Source: Chloroflexota bacterium (GTDB taxonomy: Bacteria > Chloroflexota > Limnocylindria > Limnocylindrales > CSP1-4). From it: a stretch of DNA of 64,000 nucleotides. The notes beneath the pieces are model-generated. The model was not told the DNA's origin and searched no databases. It worked only from the letters and a program-made list of their open reading frames with translations. Shown piece after piece: positions 49,917-60,072 of the stretch (position 1 is the first letter of the stretch; each line of letters starts with the position of its first letter). The position numbers and the translations under genes are program-made. The stretch is taken from positions 77,932-141,931 of the forward strand of contig PMKN01000089.1 of the NCBI GenBank assembly GCA_003158675.1, in the 5' to 3' direction.

Positions 49917-51161
49917 TTATCCGCGGGCGGCGAGTCCGAAGCGTTCGGCAGCTGCCTCAGCCAGCCAGCCGCCGATGGCCAGTGAGGCCGTAGCGGCGGG
50001 CGAGGGCGCGTTCTGGACCTGCAGGACATGGGCGGACCCGCCCACCGCGAAATCGTCGACCATCCGGCCCCTGGCGTCGATCGCCTGAGCCCGGACGCCC
50101 GACGGCCCGGGCAGAAGATCGTTCGAGGTCAACTCGGGCACGTATCGCCTCAGCGCGGCAGTGAACGATCGCTTCACGTAATCGCGCCACATCTCGCCCA
50201 CGCCCATCCGGGCATTGCGCATCGCGACGCGCACGAATCCGGAATAGGTCAGCGTGCCGAGCAAGTCCCGGACGTTGACGTCGCGCCGCCGATAGCCCTC
50301 GCGGGCGAACGCCAGGACGGCGTTCGGGCCGGCCCAGACCTCGCCCTCGATGCGCCTCGTGAAGTGGACGCCGAGGAACGGGAAGGCGGGATCGGGCACG
50401 GGGTACAGGAGCCCGCGGATGAGCTTTCGCGACTCGGGCCGCAACACGTAATAGTCGCCGCGAAATGGCACGATTCGAGGTCCTGGTGTGCCGGTCATAT
50501 CCGCCAATCTGTCGGCCTGAAGGCCCGCACAGACGATTACGTCGCGAGCTCGGATCGGCCCTCGAGTCGTTTCCACCACTCGATCCGACCCGGACTCGAC
50601 GATCTTGCGGACCTCGCGGCCCAGCAGGAGATCGCCGCCTCGCCGGCCGATCTCGGCGGCCAGCGCCTCGGCCACCCGGGCGAAATCGATCACGCCAGTC
50701 GTGGGCGACCAGAGGCCGAGTATGCCCGCGGAGTGGGGTTCCAGTTCGCGGATTCGGGACCGGTCCACCACCTCGATCTGAGGTACGAGGTTGGCGGTGG
50801 CCCTCCGTTCAAGCTCCCTTAGGCGCGGCACTTCGGCCTCGTTGAGGGCGACGATCAGCTTCCCGCACCGATCGAACGGGATCTCGTGTGCTTCCGCGAA
50901 TGCCTCGACCTCGGCCTTGCCGCGGCGGCACATCTCCGCCTTTTTCGAGCCGGGGGCGTAGTAGACGCCCGCATGCAGGACGCCTGAGTTGTGCCCGGTT
51001 TGGTGGATCGCGACGGCATCTTCTTTGTCGATGACCGCGAGACGCAAGGCCGGATAGGCGCCCAGCAGTTTGTACGCGGTCGCGAGCCCAACTATCCCGG
51101 CCCCGACAACGACGACGTCGTATCCGGCCGGTCGTGCCTCAACGGGATCAGTAGCTGACAT
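49917..51161 (-). CDS. FAD-dependent oxidoreductase, L-2-hydroxyglutarate oxidase/dehydrogenase (LhgO)-like
   Basis: GYDVVVVGAGIVGLATA (FAD Rossmann) and the signature HQTGHNSGVLHAGVYY. Confidence 0.75.
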   Translation of the reverse strand: MSATDPVEARPAGYDVVVVGAGIVGLATAYKLLGAYPALRLAVIDKEDAVAIHQTGHNSGVLHAGVYYAPGSKKAEMCRRGKAEVEAFAEAHEIPFDRCGKLIVALNEAEVPRLRELERRATANLVPQIEVVDRSRIRELEPHSAGILGLWSPTTGVIDFARVAEALAAEIGRRGGDLLLGREVRKIVESGSDRVVETTRGPIRARDVIVCAGLQADRLADMTGTPGPRIVPFRGDYYVLRPESRKLIRGLLYPVPDPAFPFLGVHFTRRIEGEVWAGPNAVLAFAREGYRRRDVNVRDLLGTLTYSGFVRVAMRNARMGVGEMWRDYVKRSFTAALRRYVPELTSNDLLPGPSGVRAQAIDARGRMVDDFAVGGSAHVLQVQNAPSPAATASLAIGGWLAEAAAERFGLAARG

Positions 51162-51228
51162 CCACTCCACTCCGGACCGCGCCCGCATCTTCCGGCGGCC
51201 AGCTAGCCCTGCTGATCAGCCTGGGCGG

Positions 51229-51798
51229 TCAGCGGTATCGGAAGTTCTGCGCCTCGGGCCTGGCCAGCCATTCGGCCAGAGTCTGCGCCTGGTCGTCCTT
51301 GGCAGAGAGCAAAGGCTCGCTCACCGGCCACTCGATACCGATGGCGGAGTCGTTCCACCGGATCCCCGATTCTCCGGCCTTGTTATAGACGCCAGTCGTG
51401 AGGTACTCGATTTCGGCCGTCTCGGAGAGCACGCAGAAACCTCTGCCGAAGCTCGCCGGAGCCCACAGCAGGCGGGGCTCGTCGGACGACATCTCCACCC
51501 CGACCCACCTGCCAAGCGTGGGCGACTCGACCCGCAGGTCGACGGCGACGAGGAACGCCCGACCCTGGATTACCCGCATCAGCTTGCCCATCGGCGGATC
51601 CCACTGGAAGTGCACGCCTCGAACCACGTTCCGGCTGGATCGGGAATGGTTGAGCTGGACGAACTGGGAGGGCAGGCCGAGCTGGGCGAAGAGATCCTGA
51701 CGGTAGACCTCCATGAAGAACCCTCGATCGTCCCGGAACACCTCCGGAATGACGATCAGCGGACCATCGAGTTCCGTCTTTTCGATCTCGAACTTCAT
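51229..51798 (-). CDS. rmlC: dTDP-4-dehydrorhamnose 3,5-epimerase
   Basis: 189 aa cupin. GPLIVIPEVFRDDRGFFMEVY...RGVHFQ...LWAPASFGRGFCVLSETAEIEY. Confidence 0.9.
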   Translation of the reverse strand: MKFEIEKTELDGPLIVIPEVFRDDRGFFMEVYRQDLFAQLGLPSQFVQLNHSRSSRNVVRGVHFQWDPPMGKLMRVIQGRAFLVAVDLRVESPTLGRWVGVEMSSDEPRLLWAPASFGRGFCVLSETAEIEYLTTGVYNKAGESGIRWNDSAIGIEWPVSEPLLSAKDDQAQTLAEWLARPEAQNFRYR

Positions 51799-51834
51799 CG
51801 TGTCCTCTGGATGCTGTTGGGTCAGTTCTTTCGC

Positions 51835-52977
51835 CTAGACATGCCGGCCCCTCTTGCGAGCCACCTCGCGGAAGAACGCGTCGTGCTTGTCGGCGACCGA
51901 GTCCCAGGTGTAAAACTCGCCGATCCTGGCTCGGGCGGCCTCGCCCAAGGCCCTTGCCTGGTCCGGGTTGGAGTCCGCCCATCTGATCTGCTCGGCGAGC
52001 GACCCTGGCTCCGGTGTGAAGTAGCGTCCCGTGTCAGCCAGGTTTTCCGAGTTGAACTCGGTGTCCAAAGCTATGACCAGGTTGCCGCAACCCATGGCCT
52101 TGAGAAGAGCCGGGTTGGTCCCGCCGACCTCATGCCCGTGAAGATAGCCATAGGCTCCGAGATGGAGGCTCTCGATCAGGCCCGGCCCATAGATCGGACC
52201 GAGGAACCGGACGCGGCTGCCCTTTGCTATCTCCTGCAGGTGCTCCCAGAACGGCGTCTCGTAGTTCATCCCGCCCGCGATGATCAGCTCCTTGTCGGAG
52301 CCGGAGGCGATGAACTCGCGGACGATGACGTCGATGTTGTTCTCGGGCTCGATCCGGCAGGCCACGATGTAGTACTGGCCCTCGACAACGCCATGCTCGT
52401 CGAGAACCTCCTGCTTCATGTCCGATCTATCCAGCGTGTAGGCACCGTTGGTGATGTAGCGGGAATCGCGGCCGTACGTCCGCAGGAAGTACTGACGGAT
52501 CGCCTCGGCGTCGGAGACCAGCTCCTGAGCCGCGAGCCTAGTCACTATCCACTCGGCTTTGTGGAGGTAGGCCCTACCGAACCGGCTCCACTTGCGCCGG
52601 CGCCACTCCAGCCCGTCGGTGTTGTCGATCACGAGTCGCCGAGTCAACCGCACCGGCACGTACAAGGGGGCTCCGCGGTAGCCGAGGAAGTAGTAGAGAT
52701 CGAATCTGCGGCGCATCGAGTCCACGATGGACGAGAACTCGTGCGAGAGCTGCTCGAGCGTCCTGCTCCGGAGCGCCGGCGTGTGGATCAGCCGGACCCC
52801 CTTGTACTCATGGAGCACCTGCCCGGCCGTGTAGCCCTTGCGGCAATACACGGTGACCTCGTGGCCGCGTTCGACGAGACGGGGCGCCAGCTCCTGGGCA
52901 AAAGTCTCGAATCCGCCGTAGCCCGCAGGTATGCCGCGGCTGCCGATGATGGCGATTCGGAGACCGGTCTTGGTCAA
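51835..52977 (-). CDS. GT4 glycosyltransferase with DUF1972-type N-terminal domain (RgpA/GacB-like putative rhamnosyltransferase)
   Basis: LRIAIIGSRGIPAGYGGFETFAQEL is the hallmark DUF1972 N-terminus; GT-B C-terminal half. Adjacent to rmlC and rmlD. Confidence 0.65.
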   Translation of the reverse strand: MTKTGLRIAIIGSRGIPAGYGGFETFAQELAPRLVERGHEVTVYCRKGYTAGQVLHEYKGVRLIHTPALRSRTLEQLSHEFSSIVDSMRRRFDLYYFLGYRGAPLYVPVRLTRRLVIDNTDGLEWRRRKWSRFGRAYLHKAEWIVTRLAAQELVSDAEAIRQYFLRTYGRDSRYITNGAYTLDRSDMKQEVLDEHGVVEGQYYIVACRIEPENNIDVIVREFIASGSDKELIIAGGMNYETPFWEHLQEIAKGSRVRFLGPIYGPGLIESLHLGAYGYLHGHEVGGTNPALLKAMGCGNLVIALDTEFNSENLADTGRYFTPEPGSLAEQIRWADSNPDQARALGEAARARIGEFYTWDSVADKHDAFFREVARKRGRHV

Positions 52978-53849
52978 GCCGTCTTCACCTGGGCCGGTTC
53001 GGGCCGGCTAGCGAGATACCACTGCAACGCGTCCTCCCAGCTCCGACTTGCCGGCAAGCCCAACCGGGCGGTCTTTGTGTCCAGCAGAGTAGACCACCGC
53101 GGTCGACGAACGACGCCCTCGCCCGTGGCTCTGGGCGAGACATCCGCCTGCACACCTGCCATATGGAGCGCCGTCCGTGCCAGCAGGTACCAGGAACACG
53201 ATCCGCCGTTCGCCACGTGGTAGGTGCCTGGGGGCACGCGGCGCTCCAGGAGAAGGAGGATCCGCTCGGCCATGTCGTGAGTCGAAGTGGGAGAGAAGAT
53301 CTGATCGTCGACTATCGAGAGTGGCTGGCCAGTCTTGGCCCTGGCGATCATGTTGTCGACGAAGTTGCCGCCCTTGCCGGCGCTGCCCGCGTGCCCGAAT
53401 AGCCCCGAGCCCCGAACGATGAGCGAATCGGGAGCCGCCTCTCGAACGGCTGCCTCGCCCGCCGCCTTGGATACGCCGTAGACGTTGAGGGGACGGACTT
53501 CATCGTCCTCCGCGCAACCATCCGGACGATCGCCGGCGAAGACGTAGTCGGTGCTCACGAACACGCACTGCGCACCCGCGGATCGTGCGGCCCGCGCCAC
53601 GTTGAGAGCCCCGAGGGTGTTTACCTCGAACGCCCGGCGCGGTTCTTCCTCGCACAGTTCGACTTTGTGAAAGGCCGCCGCATTGATCACCGCATCGGGC
53701 CGAGCGCCGCCGATTAGGCTTTGCGTCGCGGCACCGTCGACGACGTCGAGTTCGCCGTGACGAGGGCGGACGACCTCATGAGCGGACCCGGCGACCGCGG
53801 CAAGATCCGAGCCGAGCTGACCCCAGCCTCCGACGACAAGTACCTTCAT
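52974..53849 (-). CDS. rmlD: dTDP-4-dehydrorhamnose reductase
   Basis: ATG 53849 (MKVLVVGGWGQLGSDL...); catalytic YGVSKAAGE. The track ORF is over-extended to 54341. ATGA overlap with the upstream SDR gene. Confidence 0.85.
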   Translation of the reverse strand: MKVLVVGGWGQLGSDLAAVAGSAHEVVRPRHGELDVVDGAATQSLIGGARPDAVINAAAFHKVELCEEEPRRAFEVNTLGALNVARAARSAGAQCVFVSTDYVFAGDRPDGCAEDDEVRPLNVYGVSKAAGEAAVREAAPDSLIVRGSGLFGHAGSAGKGGNFVDNMIARAKTGQPLSIVDDQIFSPTSTHDMAERILLLLERRVPPGTYHVANGGSCSWYLLARTALHMAGVQADVSPRATGEGVVRRPRWSTLLDTKTARLGLPASRSWEDALQWYLASRPEPAQVKTA

Positions 53850-54964
53850 GACTCGGCGAGGGCAGCCGTAGGGCGATTGGCTCCGTCGTTTGGCTGGCGG
53901 CTCGAGCCGCCTTTGCCATGGGGTTTGGACAGCACGTAGCCATGCTTGCCCACGATCTCGACCGCCTCCTCGAGAAGCTTCATCCAGTCGATGTTGTAGT
54001 AGCGCGGATTGCTGTAGTCCGTGTACCCGTGCAGGTTGATCTGCTCGACCATGCGGGCGATCGACTCCTCGACCGTAACCTCCGGGTGGAAGCCGAGCAC
54101 GCGAGCGGCCTTCGCGCCGGACACGCGGTAGCTCCGGACCAGGCGATAGGTGAAGTCGACATCGACCTTGACCGGAATGCCCAGCTCCATCAGGGAAGCC
54201 TGCGCCCGCAAGGCTAGTTCGGAGATCCGGAAGTTGCCGGTGACCAGATTGAAGATCTGGCCGCTCACGACCTTCTCGGGCACCTGCAGCGCCATCACAT
54301 AAGCTCTCGCGACGTCGCGGACCTCGACGAGAGGACGCCACATCGCGCCGCCGTGATGAACCGTGATCACTCCGCGCGAGAGAGCGTCCTTGACGAAGGT
54401 ATTGAGCACGAGGTCGTAGCGCATCCGGGGCGAAAAGCCGAAGACCGTCCCCTTGCGGAACACGACGGGCGCAAACGAGTCCGTGGCCATTGGCAGGATT
54501 GCCCGTTCGGCCGCGAGCTTGGACGTGGCGTAGGCAGCTCTGGGCTCGACCGGCGATTCCTCATCCAGGAGCACGTCCTTGCTGTCGTCGCCGACGCCGC
54601 GGTCGTAGATGGAACCCGAACTTGCGAAGATCAGCCGAGGCACGCCCGCTCGCTTCGTCACTTCGGCGACGCGGATTGAGGCCTCGGTGTTCATCTCGCG
54701 GTTGGCTTTGGGATTGAACTCAGCCGTCGGGTCGTTGGAGAGGCCGCCAAGATTGATGACCGCCGTGGCGTCCTCCACGTGGGCAGCATCGAAGTCCCGC
54801 ATGTCGGCATCGATCAGCTCGACACGGTCGAGGAAGCCTCTCGCGGGCTCCCGACCGAAGAACATGCGATCCACGACTCGGACGCTGAAACCCATGGCCA
54901 GCAGTTCCTCGACGAGTACGCAACCGACGTACCCGCCACCGCCGACCACAACGACTTTGCTCAT
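53846..54964 (-). CDS. NAD-dependent sugar epimerase/dehydratase (SDR family)
   Basis: MSKVVVVGGGGYVGCVLVEEL...; catalytic YATSKLAAE. It could supply 4-epimerase or 4,6-dehydratase activity for the rhamnose branch; no rmlA or rmlB is recognisable in the window. Confidence 0.75.
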   Translation of the reverse strand: MSKVVVVGGGGYVGCVLVEELLAMGFSVRVVDRMFFGREPARGFLDRVELIDADMRDFDAAHVEDATAVINLGGLSNDPTAEFNPKANREMNTEASIRVAEVTKRAGVPRLIFASSGSIYDRGVGDDSKDVLLDEESPVEPRAAYATSKLAAERAILPMATDSFAPVVFRKGTVFGFSPRMRYDLVLNTFVKDALSRGVITVHHGGAMWRPLVEVRDVARAYVMALQVPEKVVSGQIFNLVTGNFRISELALRAQASLMELGIPVKVDVDFTYRLVRSYRVSGAKAARVLGFHPEVTVEESIARMVEQINLHGYTDYSNPRYYNIDWMKLLEEAVEIVGKHGYVLSKPHGKGGSSRQPNDGANRPTAALAES

Positions 54965-55079
54965 GCCCGCTCCGGTTCTGGCCCGCAACCGCACACACCC
55001 GCGCGGTCGACATCGGGCGCAAGACATTCTACGGCGCAGGAACGGAACGCACCGGCCCAAGTCAGCGCTGCCGAGCCCG

Positions 55080-56225
55080 TCAACGGATTCGTCCTGGGCG
55101 CTTCGGTCCGCCGCGAGGTCTCAGGTCGCTGGCACTTTGGAGGCATTCGAGCGCGGCGCGAGCTGATCTGGCCCAGGTGAATTCGGAGGCCCTGGTGTGC
55201 CCTCGCTCGACGAGCGACAGGCGCAGCCCGGCGTCGAGGACGACGCTCCGCAAGCCTTCCCGGATCGCGTCCGTGTCGAGCGGGTCCACGAGCACAGCCG
55301 CCTCGGCGGCCACCTCCCGAAGAGGCGGGATCTCCGACGCCAGCACCGGCGTGCCGGTCGCCATCGCCTCCAGAGGGGGAACCCCGAAGCCCTCTGCGAG
55401 GGAGACATAGCAGGCGCACTGTGCTCCGGCGTAGATCCCGGGGAGGATGTCGTCGGGCACCTCGCCGAGCTGGCGGACGCGGCCCGCACCCACGGCTGCG
55501 ATCGATTCCTCCAGCGCATCGTCGCGGGGGCCGTCGCTCGGACCGGCCAGGACCAGGTCGAGGTCCGCCAGGTCCGCTGCCGCGAATGCCCGAACCAGTC
55601 GCGCCAGATTCTTGCGCGGGTTCCTGCGGCCCACCGCCACCACATAGGGGCGATCGAGACCGTGGCGGCTCTTTGCCCGGGCGGCCTCGAACGCTCGCTG
55701 GTCCGGGGTCAGGAAGAAGCGCGGATCGACGCCATTCGGAACGACGCGGACCGTCTCGACGTCTCGTTTGGGGAAGCGATCGAGGACCTCCGTGCGGACG
55801 TGCTCTGAGACTGTGGCCACGATCTCCGCCCTCGACAGCAGCCTCGGGAGGAGGCCGAAGTACGCCCGTTCGAGCCTCGTGAACAGGTCCGGCCTGCTCA
55901 GGTAGATGAGGTCGTGGATGACGACCACGCGACCGGCTGCCGAAAACGGAGGGGTGAAGCTCTGGTACAGAACGGCTCCAACCGAGCGTGGCAGTGCCAG
56001 CTGGATCTCGACTCCGTTGAACAAGGGCGCCGGGCTCGACGGGAGGTGGCGGAACCGCACGCCGGCCAGTGTCCTGAGCTCATGATCGGCCCGATCGAAT
56101 ACGACGATCCCGCCACGGGGTGCCTGCGGGTCTGCGGCGAGCGCGGGCAAGAGCCCGCGCATGAATCGGCGTCCGCTCGGAGGCCCACCCGTGAGCCACC
56201 TGCCCTCTACCCCTACTGCGTCCAT
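55080..56225 (-). CDS. glycosyltransferase family 4
   Basis: GT-B C-terminal half (VAVGRRNPRKNLARLVRAF...YVSLAEGFGVPPLEAMATGTPVLASEIPPLREV). Confidence 0.7.
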   Translation of the reverse strand: MDAVGVEGRWLTGGPPSGRRFMRGLLPALAADPQAPRGGIVVFDRADHELRTLAGVRFRHLPSSPAPLFNGVEIQLALPRSVGAVLYQSFTPPFSAAGRVVVIHDLIYLSRPDLFTRLERAYFGLLPRLLSRAEIVATVSEHVRTEVLDRFPKRDVETVRVVPNGVDPRFFLTPDQRAFEAARAKSRHGLDRPYVVAVGRRNPRKNLARLVRAFAAADLADLDLVLAGPSDGPRDDALEESIAAVGAGRVRQLGEVPDDILPGIYAGAQCACYVSLAEGFGVPPLEAMATGTPVLASEIPPLREVAAEAAVLVDPLDTDAIREGLRSVVLDAGLRLSLVERGHTRASEFTWARSARAALECLQSASDLRPRGGPKRPGRIR

Positions 56226-56287
56226 CGGCCGAGATTATCACGCCCCACCGCCGAGCCGCGGACGGCTCGTCCGTCTACCCTTCCCCC

Positions 56288-57196
56288 ATGCGCATCGATT
56301 ACATCGTGGTCGCCTATCGTTCCGCGCCCGACCTTGGTGCCTGCCTGGATTCGATCAAGGCTGACTCTCCGGCCGGTGCCGGCATCATCGTGGTGGACAA
56401 CGCCTCGCCGGACGCCTCTGCCGATGTCGCCGAGTCGCATGCGTCGGCACCACGAGTCCTGCGCAGCGAACGGAACCTCGGCTTCGGGGGCGGCTGCAAT
56501 CTGGGCGCGAGCGTTTCGGAAGCGGATTCGATCTTCTTCGTCAATCCCGACGCACGCCTGGTAGCGGGCGTCTCGGTCGCGTTGACAGAGGCGCTCGCCG
56601 CGAACCAGAGAGTTGCGGTGGCAGGCCCTCGCGTCGTGGACCCCACGGGCGAGTCTCGAGCCGCATCGGCGGGCGCAGAACCTGGCATCCGCTCGACGAT
56701 CGGGCATTACCTGCTGGTCGGCCGCCTGCCGCTCCTGGGAGTGGCCTTCCCACCGTTGCACCTGGCCAGACCGGACCGACCGGCATCGCCCGACTGGGTC
56801 AGTGGCGCGGCCATGCTCGTCCGTCGCGAAGCGTTCGACGAGGTCGGCGGGTTCGACGAGCGGATCTTCATGTACATGGAAGACGTGGACCTGTGCCGCC
56901 GCCTTCGGTCCTCCGGCTGGACCGTCCGATACCTTTCGGACGTGCGGGTCGAACATCGGATCGGTGGCTCTCAGTCGGTCGACCAGCCTGCCCGGTGGTT
57001 CAACTCCTTTGCCACCTACGTGCGGCAACGGCATGGATCGCTGAACGCTCGCGCCTGCGCCATGATCGCCGGGATCGGGCTGGGCATTCGCGCCGTCGCC
57101 TATCGCACCGTGCGGCCAACGAATTCAGTTCGCGTGGGCCGTGCCGCCCGCGCCGCCTTTCGGGTGGCGTTCGGACGAGCGGCGCGCCAAACCTAG
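56288..57196 (+). CDS. glycosyltransferase family 2 (WbbL-like)
   Basis: IVVAYRSAPDLGACLDSI...IIVVDNASPDAS...RNLGFGGGCNLG...FVNPDA...MEDVDLCRR. Confidence 0.8.
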   Translation: MRIDYIVVAYRSAPDLGACLDSIKADSPAGAGIIVVDNASPDASADVAESHASAPRVLRSERNLGFGGGCNLGASVSEADSIFFVNPDARLVAGVSVALTEALAANQRVAVAGPRVVDPTGESRAASAGAEPGIRSTIGHYLLVGRLPLLGVAFPPLHLARPDRPASPDWVSGAAMLVRREAFDEVGGFDERIFMYMEDVDLCRRLRSSGWTVRYLSDVRVEHRIGGSQSVDQPARWFNSFATYVRQRHGSLNARACAMIAGIGLGIRAVAYRTVRPTNSVRVGRAARAAFRVAFGRAARQT

Positions 57197-57243
57197 CCGA
57201 ACGAGCTGCCGGGTCGCTGGGAAGTACCTTCGACTCGGCCCGA

Positions 57244-58971
57244 TCAGCCGACGGTTGGCGCCGCGTCCGTTGTCTGTGGAATTTCCTCAACTCCCAGGAG
57301 ACCGAGGGCTGCGAGCGTCCACATCGGGATCGCGACGGCAGGCTCGTCCAGGACGGGGATGAACAAGGCTCCCGCCGCAAGCCCGACCACGACCGCCAGC
57401 GCCGCCCTGGAAATGGGGATCGCGCGCCCGCGCCACAGCCTGCGGACAACCACCGCCGCGAGAGCGAACAGTGCGAAGAGGCCGAAGTAACCGGCCTGCC
57501 ACAGGTAATCCAGGTACCACATCTCGCTGTTGATGAGCACAACCGGCTCGCCGAAACGGCCCGACTTGGGGCCGACCGCGCCCAATCCCATGCCGAAGGG
57601 TTCCAGGTGGGTCCCGGTGGAAACCTCTGAACACACGTCCACGAACCGGAGGCCCTGAACGGGCGCGCTCGGTGTTGGCGCTGGGCTGGACGACGATGGC
57701 ACGCTCGACGCAGGAGGCGGGCAGGGAGCGGCGGTCGGAGCAGCAGGCGACGTTGCGGCGGGCGTCGTCGCGGCGGGCGTCGTCGCGGCGGGCGTCGTCG
57801 CGGCGGGCGTTGCAGGCGGCGCCGACGCGCCAGGCGCGGTCTTGGCAGGCGTCGCCGACGCGCCAGGCGCGGTCTTGGCAGGTGCCGTCCCGGCAGGCGT
57901 CGCCGCGGCGGGCGTTGAGGATGGCGGCGGCGTGTCGGTCGCGGCGGGATTTTCGATATTCCCGCCAGCAATCTGGCCCAGCTGGGCGAGGTGGGCTGCG
58001 GCCGACGGATCCCGTCCGCCGAGCGTCGCGCCAACGAAGTTGGCGAGCCCCGACGTGCTGACTATTGCGGTCACCAGAACCACGAACAAGGCAACCGGCA
58101 GGGCGAACGTTCGCCACCATTGGGGCCTGCGGAGCCGAGAGCCCAGCGCCACGATCTGCTCGCGCTTACGTGGCAGCGTCACTGCGAAAAGCACCAGGGC
58201 GAACATGAGCGAAACCCAGGCGCTCCGGGAGATCGAAAGCACGAGAGCCGCGCCCAGGGGCACGCTAATCAAGGCCCGCATGCGACCCCTGATTGGCACG
58301 GCCGCAGTGACACATAGAAGGCACAGGCCTATAACGAGGAACGCACCGAACTCATTGGGCGAGTTGAATGTCCCGATGGCTCGAGGCTGTGTGATCTGAG
58401 TCGCGAAGTAGGAGTCGGATAGAGAACCATCTTCTGACCGGTAGAAGGTGCCAAGAAACGAGAAGCCCCCGACGTAGACTTGCCAGAAGGAGAAGAGCGA
58501 GGCGACGACCCCCGAGATCACGATCGTCAGGGCCGCCCGGGAGGGCAAGCCCGAGGGAATGCGCCGGCCGCGTCCGAGCACGACCACCGCGACCGCGAGC
58601 GCAATCGGCTCGAAGAACGTGCGATACGCGTAGAGAGCCGTGGTCAAGTGCTCGGCGACCAGCACGGAGTCGAGGCCAAGGGCAAGGACGACCGCGGTCG
58701 TGAGCTCGAGGGCGCCAAACGCCCGAGGGCGGGTTCGAAGCCAATGGAACCCAGCCGCCACGATAACCCCGGCAGCCAGGGCGTCGTGCCATGCGGCGAG
58801 CATCGTGGCGGTGACGCCGGTAAGACCGAGTTGGGACCCGACAACGTGCAGAAAGAGGCCGTTGAAGGGAAGCCCCGCGAGCAGGACCAGTAAGCCGAGC
58901 CAGGGCCGGGCGACCGCCACGACGAACAATGCCAGAAGCGCGATCGTCAGAACTATCAGAGCAACGCTCAA
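57244..58971 (-). CDS. Wzy_C-domain membrane protein (O-antigen ligase/polymerase-like) with internal Pro/Thr/Ala repeat linker
   Basis: Ten or more TM helices. Wzy_C hallmark (FNSPNEFGAFLVIGL...LSISRSAWVSLMFALV). A ~70-aa low-complexity insert (TPAATTPAATTPAATTPAATSPAAP...AKTAPGASATPAKTAPGASAPP). Confidence 0.65.
   Translation of the reverse strand: MSVALIVLTIALLALFVVAVARPWLGLLVLLAGLPFNGLFLHVVGSQLGLTGVTATMLAAWHDALAAGVIVAAGFHWLRTRPRAFGALELTTAVVLALGLDSVLVAEHLTTALYAYRTFFEPIALAVAVVVLGRGRRIPSGLPSRAALTIVISGVVASLFSFWQVYVGGFSFLGTFYRSEDGSLSDSYFATQITQPRAIGTFNSPNEFGAFLVIGLCLLCVTAAVPIRGRMRALISVPLGAALVLSISRSAWVSLMFALVLFAVTLPRKREQIVALGSRLRRPQWWRTFALPVALFVVLVTAIVSTSGLANFVGATLGGRDPSAAAHLAQLGQIAGGNIENPAATDTPPPSSTPAAATPAGTAPAKTAPGASATPAKTAPGASAPPATPAATTPAATTPAATTPAATSPAAPTAAPCPPPASSVPSSSSPAPTPSAPVQGLRFVDVCSEVSTGTHLEPFGMGLGAVGPKSGRFGEPVVLINSEMWYLDYLWQAGYFGLFALFALAAVVVRRLWRGRAIPISRAALAVVVGLAAGALFIPVLDEPAVAIPMWTLAALGLLGVEEIPQTTDAAPTVG
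57763..57925. repeat. perfect short tandem DNA repeats (15-bp unit x4; 33-bp unit x2) encoding the TPAAT/AKTAPGASA linker of the Wzy_C protein
   Basis: gcggcgggcgtcgtc x3 plus a variant fourth unit; ggcg(g/t)cgccgacgcgccaggcgcggtcttggca x2. Confidence 0.8.
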
Positions 58972-59091
58972 GACTTGGTTCCCTCATCCTCGTGGGCGCT
59001 CGGGACGTGGCCACAGGCCACCCATGCAACCGTACCACGGACGCCCTCCAGATCGCCGCGGGGCCAGCGATCGGAACAGAGGGCCGTCTCT

Positions 59092-60072
59092 TCAGTCAGA
59101 TCGGTCCACGGATGGGTCCGCCATCGACCGTGGCCCCTTGAGCACGACGGCGACACCGACAAGAAGCCCTCGGGTCGCCGGCGTCGCCGCCGGCCCCCTC
59201 CGAAGCAGCGCCCTCGCCCATCGACGAGCAACGCCGCCCGTCAAGTAAAGGAGCCCGGAAGCGATCGTGCGTCGCGAGCCGAACTTGCGGACGATGATCA
59301 GGGCGTTTCGGAAATGGTAGTACTCCAGCGTTCTGGAGACTACGGATCCGTGGATCGCGTGGTTGATTGCCGCGCCGGAAACAACGCCCAGTTTCCAACC
59401 TGCCCTGCGCATTCGAAGGCTCAGATCTACGTCTTCCCAGAACAGAAAGAGCGGCTCCCAGAACAATCCGGTGTCCTTGAGCGACGCGCACCTGATGAAC
59501 ATCGCGCAGCCGGTGACGTACTCAGTCTCGATGACTACAGCGCCCTCGACTGGACGGACCGAATGACGCGTCTCCGCTCGTCCGAGGAGGACCCTGCCAC
59601 CGGCATACCAGATGCCGGATGGTGCTTCCGGGCCAATTGGGGCCGAGATCAGGGGGCTGACGATGCCGTACGCCGGGTTCGACTCCATCGCGTCGACGAG
59701 CAGCCGGATGCAGGTCCGGTCCACGGTCGTGTCGTTGTTCAGGACCCAGGCGTATGCCGCGTTGTGAGCCACAGCCCACCGCAGCCCGAGATTCGCGCCG
59801 CCGCCGTAGCCAAGGTTCGTGCCGGACGCGATGACTTGGACCCGATCGCCGAATTCGGCCGAGAGCCGCTCCGCGTCGCCTGCGGGTGAAGCGTTGTCGA
59901 CGACAACCACCGAATGGCGATCATAGGAGGAGGCGAGCAAGGACTGGACGCATCGCCGCGTGTCATCGAGTCCGCCATAGTTGACCACGATGGCAACGAC
60001 CAGCGGGTTGGATCGGTCCGCAAGCGCGGTAGCTTCGGAAGAAGCGGCCTCAGGATGGGGGCTGGATGTCAA
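59092..60072 (-). CDS. glycosyltransferase family 2 (WbbL-like)
   Basis: VVAIVVNYGGLDDTRRCVQSL...VVVVDNASPAGD...TNLGYGGGANLG...LNNDT...WEDVDLSLR. Confidence 0.8.
   Translation of the reverse strand: MTSSPHPEAASSEATALADRSNPLVVAIVVNYGGLDDTRRCVQSLLASSYDRHSVVVVDNASPAGDAERLSAEFGDRVQVIASGTNLGYGGGANLGLRWAVAHNAAYAWVLNNDTTVDRTCIRLLVDAMESNPAYGIVSPLISAPIGPEAPSGIWYAGGRVLLGRAETRHSVRPVEGAVVIETEYVTGCAMFIRCASLKDTGLFWEPLFLFWEDVDLSLRMRRAGWKLGVVSGAAINHAIHGSVVSRTLEYYHFRNALIIVRKFGSRRTIASGLLYLTGGVARRWARALLRRGPAATPATRGLLVGVAVVLKGPRSMADPSVDRSD

Noticed and set aside
51070-53223. 717-aa plus-strand ORF
   Set aside because: Antisense to LhgO, rmlC, the GT4 and rmlD, all of which have strong motifs on the minus strand.
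52974-54341. 455-aa version of rmlD
   Set aside because: The N-terminal 164 aa are an Arg/Gly-rich out-of-frame overlap of the upstream SDR gene. The true start is ATG 53849 (MKVLVVGGWGQ).
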